Shown here piece by piece: positions 54,077 to 63,241 of a stretch of 64,000 bases of DNA. The DNA is taken from positions 230,299 through 294,298 of the forward strand of contig JAYPVM010000001.1 in the NCBI GenBank assembly GCA_038134595.1. Direction: 5' to 3'. A model generated the notes under the pieces. That model did not search any database. It saw only the letters and a list, made by a program, of their open reading frames with translations, and was not told the DNA's origin. Every line of letters starts with the position of its first letter. The stretch's first letter is position 1. Source of the stretch: Pseudomonadota bacterium. Its GTDB lineage: Bacteria > Bdellovibrionota_C > UBA2361 > OMII01. The position numbers and the translations under genes were made by a program.

Positions 54077-54104
54077 TTGAATTCTAAAGGTGCTGTGGTA
54101 TTCC
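54077..54104 (+). promoter_or_regulatory. Putative sigma70-type promoter of the large ncRNA
   Basis: TTGAAT (54077-54082) and extended -10 TGgTATTCC (54096-54104), with AT-rich sequence upstream, just before the first paired segment. Confidence 0.5.
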
Positions 54105-54110
54105 TTGTGA

Positions 54111-55074
54111 AGAGTCGAGATGACGACGAACCTTCCGAAAGAAATTGAGGAAGCCGACCTCGAAGTTGCTCTCCGAAAAGAAAACTAAATCGAAAGATTT
54201 ATTTTTTTGAAAGATGAAGCGACCAGGCGAAGCGCATGGAAAGGCACTTTGAATTCCTGACTAGAGAGGTACTCTTGTAGACCCGTTGGAGTTTATCGCA
54301 AGATATTTTTCCTACGGAGAGTTTGCAAGACACGAGAACAGGCATTCGCTTTTTCTCGTGGCATCGATGGTGTTTTCCTGATGATGGTGTCAAAGCCAAC
54401 AAAAGCGATAAACAACAAGAGGGCAGGAGCTGTAAAAGGTGAGGGCTCGTAAAGATGCAGTCGAGTGGCACGCTGTCGAAAGACAGTTGGCGACAACTCC
54501 AGCATGAGTTGGAGGCTTTTGCCGAAAGGCTTAGGCAGGCTATTTGAAAAAGTAGTCTCTGTTATCACTCGGTCTTTCTTCTGGGAGCACCGGAAGAAAA
54601 GAATCACTCCCTACGGGTTGTGCCCCGTAGGAAGGCAAAAGCGGTTGTGGTGACACGGTCCTTTTGTAGGCTTTACGTTCTTAGAGGTATCCCTTTGGGG
54701 ATTCCAAAGGTTTTGGTATGAAATTCCACGTTGGTTTTGAACCTTTTTGGGTTCGGGGCTTTTTGGGATTAGGGACTAAAATCCGGTTAGGTCTTCTCTC
54801 TTCGGATAGAAGACAGGGTTCGACGGTTCAGGTAACTGAAATTCGATCGAAAGCGCTCGAGGGTGGGAAACCGCCATTAGAGGTTGACGACAGAGCACAA
54901 CGGGAGACCGGTCTATTGTCGTTAATCGCGAAAGAGACCCTGCGATTGTAAGAAATTTCGGCTCGACTAGGAGGGATAAAACTCTTCGGGTCAAAGTTAC
55001 AAAGTTAGATCCGTCATAAGAGCTGGCTTTTTGGCATGCGCGCGGCACGATCGAGAGATCTGCCGCGTTTTTTT
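54111..55074 (+). ncRNA. Candidate large (~960 nt) highly structured non-coding RNA, family unassigned
   Basis: No credible ORF; more than 15 hairpins, many with GNRA or cUUCGg loops; long-range 5'/3' helices; flanked by a promoter-like site and an intrinsic terminator. Confidence 0.8.
55041..55074 (+). terminator. Intrinsic terminator ending the candidate ncRNA
   Basis: cgcggca-c-gatc-GAGA-gatc-tgccgcg followed by T7. Confidence 0.88.
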
Positions 55075-55488
55075 ATGTCTGCATTGGATTCTTTAAAGTG
55101 CGGCACCTGGTTGTGCTGATCGGGAAAAGGACGGATCGGGAAAAAGAAACTGTTCAGTAAAGTAAGAAAAATCTGTTTTAGCTAAGATTTGCTTTTGGCT
55201 GAGATTTGCTATGGAGGGAGCAGGGCCCGTTTCTCTATTGGAGGGAAGAAACGGGCCCAGCAGCCTTTGGCACGCGCGCTCTCGGTGTGGAAAACGTGCG
55301 TCGATCCGTCATAGTGAGACTTTAGATGACGAAAGTGTTTTGAACAATTCCCTAAATATTGGCGGTAGTTATAAATATTTTCGTTATCTGTGTTAAATAT
55401 AATCAACCACTTAAGTTCGTTCGATAACTCGCAAAATTTAAGTAGGTGGTATATTCTGTCCGCGACAAGCCTAATGGAGTAGCGGGCG

Positions 55489-55896
55489 ATGGGACGAATT
55501 TTTATCAGTTTTGTAGTTTTCTTCATGGTCGCCGGTGGCGTTTTAGTCTTTCAGGCTACAAAGGGGACAAGCTCTCTTGTGGTAATGCCCTCGGAACTTT
55601 TGAAGCAAGCTCATGCAGGTAATCTATTTCGAATTCGGGTGGGTGGGCGTGTCGTCGGCCCCATTGAATATCAAACCGATCCAAGCTTTGTTCTCCGGTT
55701 TGCTGTTCGGGATCCGAAAGGAGGAGAGCAGGTAGTGCCCGTTGTTTATCGGGGCATTAAGCCGGATATGTTTCAGGCTGAGCGCGATGTGCTCATAGAT
55801 GGCGACTTGCGTCAGGGGATCATTGAAGCGGCATCACTGCAAACGCAGTGCCCGTCTAAATACGAACCTGTAAGTCCCGGAGATCAAGCAAAGTAA
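55489..55896 (+). CDS. ccmE: Cytochrome c maturation heme chaperone, CxxxY type
   Basis: N-terminal TM, RIRVGGRV, VVYRGIKPDMF, QCPSKY. Confidence 0.93.
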   Translation: MGRIFISFVVFFMVAGGVLVFQATKGTSSLVVMPSELLKQAHAGNLFRIRVGGRVVGPIEYQTDPSFVLRFAVRDPKGGEQVVPVVYRGIKPDMFQAERDVLIDGDLRQGIIEAASLQTQCPSKYEPVSPGDQAK

Positions 55897-55912
55897 GCAT
55901 AAGAGGTGTGGT

Positions 55913-57922
55913 GTGATTGAATTCGGGTTGTTTTCGCTTTGTGTCGCGTGGCTTCTTACGGTCTTTGTTGTTTGTGGAGGGGTGTTCTGCGGCCTGTATC
56001 GAAGAGACTCTCGTGTCTTGATTGAGGTTCTACGGAGGGCGAGCATCTTTATTGCCGTTACGTTGGGCTGTGCTCTTTTTGGGCTTGGGTACGGCTTTGT
56101 AACTAATGACTATTCAATTCAGTACATTTGGCAGTATTCAAATCGTGAAATGCCGTGGATATATAAGATAACAGCTATTTGGGGCGGTATGGACGGCTCG
56201 ATGTTGTTGTGGTGCTTTTTGGTCGCACTATTCGGGGCGTGCATGGCAGCTGTTTCCAAACAATATCCGCGACCTCTTCTTCCGTGGCTGTATGCCGCTG
56301 TGTCGTCTTCGACATTATTCTTCACCACTATCACACTGTTTTTTACCAACCCGTTCCGATTTCTAAAGTCAGCGGTGATGATGCCGGATGGAAATGGTTT
56401 AAATCCCCTTCTTCAGAATGAATACATGGCGATTCACCCGCCGATGCTTTATCTGGGGTTTACAGGTTTGGCTATTCCGTATGCGTTTTGTATGGCAGCA
56501 CTCGCTTCGGGACACATGTCGAACGATTGGATCCGTCTTACAAGACGGTGGACGTTGATCGGATGGGCGTTTCTGACTGCTGGTATCGTTCTCGGTGGGC
56601 ATTGGGCATATCTTGAGCTGGGCTGGGGTGGTTTTTGGGCTTGGGATCCTGTTGAGAATGCTTCGTTTCTTCCGTGGCTAACCGCGACCGCGTTTTTGCA
56701 CTCTGTCATGGTGCAAGAGCGAAAAGGAATGTTAAAGATTTGGAATGTATTTCTGGTCGTTTTAACGTATGCGCTCACGGTATTTGGAACCTTCTTGACC
56801 CGTTCGGGAATTGTACAGAGTGTGCATGCGTTTGCATCGACTGATATTGGATGGATTTTTCTTACCTATTTAGCGGCGCTGATAGTGCTGGCTTTGGCTT
56901 TGGTTATATACCGCTGGTCTGCGCTTCAGTCGGAGCGAGTTATTGAGAGCCTTTTCTCGCGAGAGGCTGTGTTTTTACTGAATAATCTGGTTCTTCTTAG
57001 TATCTGTTTTGCCGTGTTGTGGGGTGTTTTGTTTCCTGTCTTCTCGGAGGCATTTACAGGACAAAAGCAAACGGTTGGAATTCCTTTCTTTAATGCAGTG
57101 AATGTTCCGCTGTTTTTAGCGCTTGTTTTTCTGATGGGTGTAGGCCCCACCGTCGCATGGAGGCATACATCGCTTCGGCATATTGTAAGGGCTTTTGTAT
57201 CGCCGTTTATCGGAGCGCTTGTTGTTTCGACAGCTCTTGTATGGGCTGGGATCCCCGATTTTTATCCCGTTTTGTCGTACGGAATTTGCTTCTTTGTTTT
57301 GATGACTATCTGGGGGGAGCTTCAGCGTGGCGCTCGAGTTCAAAGTGGCATCACAAAGGCAAGCCCATGGAGCGTTCGGACGTGGATAGCTATGTTGCTG
57401 CGTCATCGAGTTAAGTATGGTGCACATCTGATACACTTCGGTGTCGTTGTAATGACAATAGCGATTACAGCGTCCATGGCACACAAAATTGAGCGTGAAT
57501 TTACCTTGGCTCCTGGCGAACGCTTCTCCGTAGGGCGATTTGCATTGGAGCTCGAGGAATTTCATGAGGAAAGAGAGCCTAATTACGATGCTCTACAAGC
57601 GCATGTTGCTGTATATTCTGCTGCTACGGGAGAACGCATTGAGACGCTTGCTCCAGAACTCCGATTTTATACGAAGAACAAGGAAACGACGACAGAGGTA
57701 GCGCTTCGAATGGGACAACGGGAGGATCTATATTTGATTCTTGCCGGCGTTGACGAAACTGGATCAAAAGCTTCGATGAAGGTTTTTATCAATCCACTTC
57801 AAGTATGGTTGTGGTACGGTGCTATTATCATGGTACTGGGAGGTGCTATTGTTGCAGTTCCTGTTGGATCTCGAACGAGAGAAGCGTCGGTGAGTAAGAA
57901 TTTTGCATCGGAGGGTGTATGA
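55913..57922 (+). CDS. ccmF: Cytochrome c heme lyase
   Basis: GNGLNPLLQ, IHPP, WAYLELGWGGFWAWDPVENAS, TRSGIVQSVHAF. Confidence 0.97.
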   Translation: MIEFGLFSLCVAWLLTVFVVCGGVFCGLYRRDSRVLIEVLRRASIFIAVTLGCALFGLGYGFVTNDYSIQYIWQYSNREMPWIYKITAIWGGMDGSMLLWCFLVALFGACMAAVSKQYPRPLLPWLYAAVSSSTLFFTTITLFFTNPFRFLKSAVMMPDGNGLNPLLQNEYMAIHPPMLYLGFTGLAIPYAFCMAALASGHMSNDWIRLTRRWTLIGWAFLTAGIVLGGHWAYLELGWGGFWAWDPVENASFLPWLTATAFLHSVMVQERKGMLKIWNVFLVVLTYALTVFGTFLTRSGIVQSVHAFASTDIGWIFLTYLAALIVLALALVIYRWSALQSERVIESLFSREAVFLLNNLVLLSICFAVLWGVLFPVFSEAFTGQKQTVGIPFFNAVNVPLFLALVFLMGVGPTVAWRHTSLRHIVRAFVSPFIGALVVSTALVWAGIPDFYPVLSYGICFFVLMTIWGELQRGARVQSGITKASPWSVRTWIAMLLRHRVKYGAHLIHFGVVVMTIAITASMAHKIEREFTLAPGERFSVGRFALELEEFHEEREPNYDALQAHVAVYSAATGERIETLAPELRFYTKNKETTTEVALRMGQREDLYLILAGVDETGSKASMKVFINPLQVWLWYGAIIMVLGGAIVAVPVGSRTREASVSKNFASEGV

Positions 57923-58197
57923 GTGTGGGTCTTGTTCTCTGCGTGGTATTGTCTCTTGTCATTGGTATTGCTTTGAGTGCCCCATATTTCGAGGGTGGTT
58001 TTGTTGAGGAGGACGATGCTCTGGAGTCGCCTAGCGATACTCAATTGCTCGATAGTAAGGAGCGACTACTTCGGGCATTAAAGGATCTGGAGCAGGATTT
58101 TTCAATGGGAAAGATCGAGGAGGAAGAGCTGTCACAGTCTCGTAGCGAACTTTCCTTAGAGTTGGCAGAGATTCTTAAAAAAGATAAACGCGCGTGA
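57919..58197 (+). CDS. Small membrane-anchored protein in the ccm operon (CcmI N-terminus-like)
   Basis: ATGA overlap with ccmF; TM helix followed by LKDLEQDFSMGKIEEEE. Confidence 0.7.
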   Translation: MSVGLVLCVVLSLVIGIALSAPYFEGGFVEEDDALESPSDTQLLDSKERLLRALKDLEQDFSMGKIEEEELSQSRSELSLELAEILKKDKRA

Positions 58198-58865
58198 ATA
58201 GGTCGTCTACCCTTGTAGAAGTTTCAGGTATCGTAAAGGCTTTCGGAGAGCATTGCGCACTGAATTCCGTTTCACTGTCTGTGTGTCAGAATGAGGTTGT
58301 ACTTCTTTTAGGAGCAAATGGCGCCGGTAAGTCGACACTTTTGAGAATTGCAGCCGGTTTGAGCCGTGCGGATCGAGGATTAGTCGATGTCTGCCGTGAG
58401 CCTTGTGTGGGATTTTGTTCTCATCACGGAAGTTTGTACGCCAAGCTTACAGTGCGGGAGAATATAGCACTGACCGCGCGAGCGCTCGGTGTTTCGCCTC
58501 AAGAAGTACAGGATGCTTGCTCGACGTGGGGAATCGATAAGTATTGTACAAAAGAGGTGCGCGAGCTCTCAAAAGGAATGTACGGAAGAGTAGCGCTTGC
58601 ACGCACCTTTTTGGGTTCTCCCCGGGTTGTTTTGCTTGATGAGCCTTCAAGTAATCTCGATCAGGAGGGGGTAGATATTCTCTGCTCGAAAGTATCCGCA
58701 GGGGCGACGGAAAGAGCCGTTGTAATAGCGACACATGACATCTCTCGGCTGCAAGATGTGGCAACCAGGGTAGTTGTTCTTGAGCGAGGTGTAGTTGTTG
58801 CGGATTCTCTAAATAATAGTGATCGGGGCGAGGTTTTGGCGCAGTTTTATGGAGCAAGCCGATGA
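58194..58865 (+). CDS. ccmA: Heme exporter ATP-binding subunit
   Basis: GANGAGKST, LSKG, LLDEP; ccm operon context. Confidence 0.88.
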   Translation: MNRSSTLVEVSGIVKAFGEHCALNSVSLSVCQNEVVLLLGANGAGKSTLLRIAAGLSRADRGLVDVCREPCVGFCSHHGSLYAKLTVRENIALTARALGVSPQEVQDACSTWGIDKYCTKEVRELSKGMYGRVALARTFLGSPRVVLLDEPSSNLDQEGVDILCSKVSAGATERAVVIATHDISRLQDVATRVVVLERGVVVADSLNNSDRGEVLAQFYGASR

Positions 58866-59551
58866 GAAGGTGGGTTCGGGTGCTTGCAATGTTAATAGCA
58901 AAGGAACTGCGACTTGAAGCACGTGGTAAAGAGCTCAGTGTTCTATTGTTGTGCACCTCAATTATCACTTCTGTCTTGGTCGGAGCAGGAGTTAGTGGAG
59001 CTGTTTTACAGCCGGATGTGGTGCCGAGGCTTTTTCCAATGTTGTTGTGGATAGTTTTCTTGCTTTCGACGACTTCGGCGAGTGTTCGTGGAAATGAGCA
59101 TGAGAACGAAGGGCGGGGTTATGAAGGGCTTCTTCTGTGTGGTGTAACGGGAGCGCAGATGTACGTAGCGAAGGTCGTTGTGTGGGCGATCATTTTTGCG
59201 CTCAATTGGGTCTTGTTGTGTAGCTTGCTTGGGATTGCTCTCGACCAGAATCTTATCAGTGTTGCAGGTGGGCTTTTGGTTGTCGGATTGCTTGCATCTC
59301 TTGTGCTTGCGTCCCTTACTGTGCTTACCTCGGCTATCGCTGCTTCGGCGGCTCTACGAGGTGCTATTTTACCTCTTGTAACACTGCCACTGTTGTTTCC
59401 ACTCTTTTTTGCCGGAATTGAATTAACTACCGCGGTGATGATTGTAGGGAGTGTCGACCTTAGCAGCATGTGGGTCGGTATAATGGTAGTATCCTTTACG
59501 TTGTTTGGTTTGGTGGGTATAAATACCTACCATGAGGTGATAAGTGAGTAA
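58862..59551 (+). CDS. ccmB: Heme exporter permease
   Basis: KELRLEAR, ILPLVTLPLLFP; six TM helices. Confidence 0.9.
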   Translation: MRRWVRVLAMLIAKELRLEARGKELSVLLLCTSIITSVLVGAGVSGAVLQPDVVPRLFPMLLWIVFLLSTTSASVRGNEHENEGRGYEGLLLCGVTGAQMYVAKVVVWAIIFALNWVLLCSLLGIALDQNLISVAGGLLVVGLLASLVLASLTVLTSAIAASAALRGAILPLVTLPLLFPLFFAGIELTTAVMIVGSVDLSSMWVGIMVVSFTLFGLVGINTYHEVISE

Positions 59552-59576
59552 TGGCGATAGGTAGTAGGCGTCTAAA

Positions 59577-60257
59577 ATGAAGTCGCGTTTTCCAATAGTA
59601 ATTCCCCTTGTAGTGTGTCTTCTTGTAACGTGGGCGCAATATATGGTGTTTATGGTCGTTCCAAACGAGCAGATCATGGGCGCTGTGCAGCGAGTATTTT
59701 ATTTTCATGTGGCTAGTGCCATGGCGTGCTACGCCGCATTTGGTGCAGTACTGTTTGCAAGTATCGCTTTTCTAGCTACAAGGAATACAAAAGCCGACAT
59801 GCTCTCTATAGCAGCTGGGGAGGTTGGGTTTGTTTTCTGTACCATCACGCTTGTGACGGGAATGATCTGGGGACATAGCGCCTGGAATACCTGGTTTCGA
59901 TGGCAGGAGCCGCGCTTAGTGACCTTTTTGGTTCTATGGTTGATATTCCTTTCGTTTACTGTGCTTCGGAACTTTGGAGATCCGAAAAAGACGGCAGTAC
60001 ACGGGAGTGTGTTGGGCATTTTAGGAGCGTTGTCGGTTCCGATTGTTTACGTGTCGATAAAGTTTTTACCTCAGAGCGCACGCCTTCATCCAGAGGTTGT
60101 TGAGCGGGGAGGTTTGCGAGACCCTTCGTATTGGCAGGCGTTTGGTTTGTCAGTATTTGCATTACTTAGTTTGTGTGCATTGTTGACCTGGCTTCGATAT
60201 CGTGTGGGGTTGCTTGATGCCCAAGTTAGAGTCCGGTTGTTTGAGAACAAGGAGTAG
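59577..60257 (+). CDS. ccmC: Heme exporter protein C
   Basis: RVFYFHV, TGMIWGHSAWNTWFRWQEPRL, LHP. Confidence 0.94.
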   Translation: MKSRFPIVIPLVVCLLVTWAQYMVFMVVPNEQIMGAVQRVFYFHVASAMACYAAFGAVLFASIAFLATRNTKADMLSIAAGEVGFVFCTITLVTGMIWGHSAWNTWFRWQEPRLVTFLVLWLIFLSFTVLRNFGDPKKTAVHGSVLGILGALSVPIVYVSIKFLPQSARLHPEVVERGGLRDPSYWQAFGLSVFALLSLCALLTWLRYRVGLLDAQVRVRLFENKE

Positions 60258-60261
60258 TAGC

Positions 60262-60414
60262 ATGGTTGATACCTATCCAGATCTGTTTTGGTCTTACACA
60301 GTTGTGTGGGGCGTGCTTACAGTATACATCGTTTTTTTGGGTGCTCGTATGTCTGCTGTAGAGCGTAAGCTAACAAACACTGACAAGGAATGTTGTGGGA
60401 ACAGAGAAGTTTAA
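60262..60414 (+). CDS. ccmD: CcmD-like small membrane protein (50 aa)
   Basis: AAGGAG RBS; MVDTYPDLFWSYTVVWGVLTVYIVFLGARMSAVERKL, directly after ccmC. Confidence 0.75.
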   Translation: MVDTYPDLFWSYTVVWGVLTVYIVFLGARMSAVERKLTNTDKECCGNREV

Positions 60415-61003
60415 CATTCACAATGCGCACTTTCTCTTTGGAGCCCCGTCGATGCAGGCGATTCGTCCGCAAGAGTTGCCGGAAATCGCGGTCGCTGGCC
60501 GCTCAAACGTGGGCAAGTCAACGTTTATCAATCGCATAGCGGGACGAAAGCTTGCGCGAGTTAGTGGTACCCCCGGTGCCACGCGGGAGCTTAATTTCTA
60601 TCATTTAGAGGGTGCTTTTAGTGGGGACAAGCGCGACCTGTGTTTAGTCGATATGCCGGGTTTTGGGTATGCGAAACTTTCTCACAAGGAGCGCGAAGCT
60701 ATCTCTAGGCTTGCGGTTCGATTCTTGCGTGATCGCCAAGAATTGCAGGCTGTTATTCTTCTCAATGATTGTAGACGTGAACCACAGGCTGATGAGCTTG
60801 CTATTCAGAAGGTGTGTGCGGAAGAGGGCGTTCATTGTATTATTGTTTTGACAAAGTTTGATAAGCTTAAGCAAAACGAAAAAATGAAACGCCTAAAAGC
60901 CGTGGCGCAGGCGTATCATCTAGAGAAGGATGATGTTTTATTTACAGGCGAAAAGATCTCGAACGACCCCTTATGGGCCCGATTGCAAGCGCTTCTCTTT
61001 TAG
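60395..61003 (+). CDS. engB: Ribosome biogenesis GTPase YihA/YsxC
   Basis: GRSNVGKST, SGTPGATR, VDMPGFGYAK, LTKFDK. Confidence 0.95.
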   Translation: MGTEKFNIHNAHFLFGAPSMQAIRPQELPEIAVAGRSNVGKSTFINRIAGRKLARVSGTPGATRELNFYHLEGAFSGDKRDLCLVDMPGFGYAKLSHKEREAISRLAVRFLRDRQELQAVILLNDCRREPQADELAIQKVCAEEGVHCIIVLTKFDKLKQNEKMKRLKAVAQAYHLEKDDVLFTGEKISNDPLWARLQALLF

Positions 61004-61050
61004 TGTGCAGTTATCGTAGATACTACTTTAGTTGCGTTTTTATATCGGCG

Positions 61051-61428
61051 CTACTTGATAGGGATCGGCCGGTTGTTTTGGTCGACGGCTACCATAACGA
61101 CCTCGGCGGTGGTAACTTGAATCGTTTGTAGCTGGTCCACGCCTCTTGTCGCTTCAACTTCAATTCGGATGGTAATAGAAGACGTGCCTCGTCTGAGGGT
61201 TTCGCAGTAAAAGCTAACGGCATCTCCCACAAAAACTGGGGCTATAAACTCAACTTCTCGCATTATTTTAGTGACGTATTTTTTGGGGGCTACAGTGCGC
61301 GCATGCTGACCGGCCGCCAAGTCGATAAGACTTAAGATATGTCCCCCGAAGATGCTTCCCATAGCGTTGGTGTCACGGGGCATCATAATGGAGCGGATTG
61401 CGGGGTTTTTTAGGTTTTCAGTGGTCAT
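61051..61428 (-). CDS. Acyl-CoA thioesterase (YciA-like hotdog fold)
   Basis: MPRDTNAMGSIFGG, IDLAA, FIAPVFVGD. Confidence 0.92.
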   Translation of the reverse strand: MTTENLKNPAIRSIMMPRDTNAMGSIFGGHILSLIDLAAGQHARTVAPKKYVTKIMREVEFIAPVFVGDAVSFYCETLRRGTSSITIRIEVEATRGVDQLQTIQVTTAEVVMVAVDQNNRPIPIK

Positions 61429-61715
61429 AATGGTGTTGAGTGTACGTTATTCTTTAATCTTTGCGTAGAGAAAAATTCCGTCGGGATACTAAGAATCGCT
61501 GAGCAGGACATTTTTTAATAGCCTGTGTTTTGGTAGTGAGGCAGGTCATCACACGCTTGCTATTTGTTTCGATACAGTTCTATGCGGAGTTGCGAATGCC
61601 ATTGATAGAGATGCCATAGATAAAAATTGTCAAAGATAGATCTATGGGGTCATGCGACCGGTGTGTGCCGATATCTATTGTTGATGGTGACGCCATCGTT
61701 TTTTGGGGGGAACAT

Positions 61716-62075
61716 ATGAATCAAGCTGCAAGAGAAACTGAGGGGCAAGATACTGAATTAGAGTTGGACAGAGGATCATCGTTAGATCGGACCACTCCGG
61801 GCGAGTACATTGATAAGGCACTGCATCTCTTGGGCGCACAACTTAAGAGCGTGGCGGGTCTTATCAACGAGCTTGCTCCAGACGAATCAACGATACGCAA
61901 AGAGGCCCTTAGTCGAGCGTCAAAGAGATTAGACACTGCGGGGCAGTACATGCTCGATGAAGACGTTTCGGAAAATGTAACCAGCTATCTAGCACGTCAT
62001 CCTGTTCGTTCACTGGGAGCAAGCTTTGCGATTGGTGTCGTGGCGGCAAATTTGATTCGTTTGATTAGGAGATAA
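61716..62075 (+). CDS. DUF883/ElaB-YqjD-like tail-anchored protein
   Basis: C-terminal YLARHPVRSLGASFAIGVV; GGGGGG RBS. Confidence 0.65.
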   Translation: MNQAARETEGQDTELELDRGSSLDRTTPGEYIDKALHLLGAQLKSVAGLINELAPDESTIRKEALSRASKRLDTAGQYMLDEDVSENVTSYLARHPVRSLGASFAIGVVAANLIRLIRR

Positions 62076-62079
62076 GAGG

Positions 62080-62487
62080 ATGCTTGATTCGGTGAGAGAG
62101 GATCTAGAATCTACGATCACTCCTCTATTAAAGGAGATTCTTGAAGATGCAAGGCGCCTCGTTCATCAAGAAGCGCAGCTGGTTCGCGTTGAGGTGCAAG
62201 AGGAGGCGCGAGCGGTGCGCACGGTAGTGCTCTGTACGATTATGGGAAGTATCGCCGTTGCGATAGGAAGTGTTTTGGCGGCTTTTACGCTGGTTTATGT
62301 GATTGCGGGCAATTGGTTGCAGGCCCCGCTCTGGGTGAGTTTCGGTGCTGTCGCTGTGCTCGTCTTCGGTGTTGGATTGGGATTTCTTTGGCGAGCAGGT
62401 AGAAAATTGCAGGGTATTCGTACTGGCTCCGAGCAGACGTTGCGGGCGCTACGAGAGGGTTTTGGATGGATGCAGCGAACGATGTAG
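62080..62487 (+). CDS. Holin-X/DUF1469 (YqjE-like) membrane protein
   Basis: LVHQEAQLVRVEV, two TM helices, EQTLRALRE. Confidence 0.8.
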   Translation: MLDSVREDLESTITPLLKEILEDARRLVHQEAQLVRVEVQEEARAVRTVVLCTIMGSIAVAIGSVLAAFTLVYVIAGNWLQAPLWVSFGAVAVLVFGVGLGFLWRAGRKLQGIRTGSEQTLRALREGFGWMQRTM

Positions 62488-62891
62488 GGCCTTTATCTGC
62501 TGAGGAGCTTCGGGCAGAGATTCACGAAACAAGTGAGCTTCTCCGAGCCCATTGCGTTACGTTGTGCGCCCATCTCAAAAGGCATCGACAGGCGCTGGTT
62601 GCTACGTTGCCAGATAGAAGTGATATCGCCAGCCGTCCCATCTCTTCGTGTGGTATGGCGTTCTGTTTGGGGGCGCTTGTTGGAGCATTTCGTCTTGATC
62701 GTAGCGCATTCAGATTAGTAGGTAGGGCTTCTCGAAGGCTTCTGATTCGGTCAGCAAAAACCATCCATCCCGTCGGAAATAGCTTTTTAGGTACCTTGTT
62801 ACGGGCAGGTGGGGGAACTCCACCGATTTCTCAGAAGCAAAACGGGCGAGCTGTGGCGGTTGATGAGATTGCATCGACAAAGCAGTTTTAG
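62466..62891 (+). CDS. DUF3618-like hypothetical protein
   Basis: SAEELRAEIHET N-terminus; third gene of a yqjD/E/K-like cassette. Confidence 0.55.
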   Translation: MDAANDVGPLSAEELRAEIHETSELLRAHCVTLCAHLKRHRQALVATLPDRSDIASRPISSCGMAFCLGALVGAFRLDRSAFRLVGRASRRLLIRSAKTIHPVGNSFLGTLLRAGGGTPPISQKQNGRAVAVDEIASTKQF

Positions 62892-63241
62892 GCTGTTGTG
62901 ACTGAGGAGCGCATGTTTTTGAGTAACAAAGACAGGTGCTTAGTTCATTCCATCCTTCTTGCAAAGTGCTGCGTGGTGTACCATGATGGGTCAGAGTCGT
63001 TGGGTACTAGCAAACAGGGATGGCTTTCCTGGGCTTGGCAAGGGATGCGATAGCTATCAGTCGATATTTCCGCCATTTTTTTGGTTCTTTTAAGCCGTTT
63101 ATCCTTGAGCATGATGTGATATTCTTTTATGTCATGGCGCAGTCAACGACTGTGGTAACTTGGCGCACCGTTTTAATTTTCAAGAGAAAAGGTGCACTGT
63201 GTTTAAGAAGCGTGCTGATCAAAAAGTAGTAGTATATCGAT

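Noticed and set aside
54111..55074. RNase P RNA, tmRNA, rRNA fragment or group II intron as the identity of the structured region
   Set aside because: No P4 motifs, no tRNA-like ends, no rRNA conserved blocks, no domain V and no interrupted host gene. It is also far longer than RNase P RNA or tmRNA.
54199..55526. Short ORFs in the rpoH-ccmE gap
   Set aside because: They overlap each other on both strands, have atypical composition and lack motifs. RNA structure explains the region better.
62080..62487. Prophage lysis gene (holin annotation)
   Set aside because: The context is a yqjD/E/K-like membrane-protein cassette, and no phage genes are nearby.
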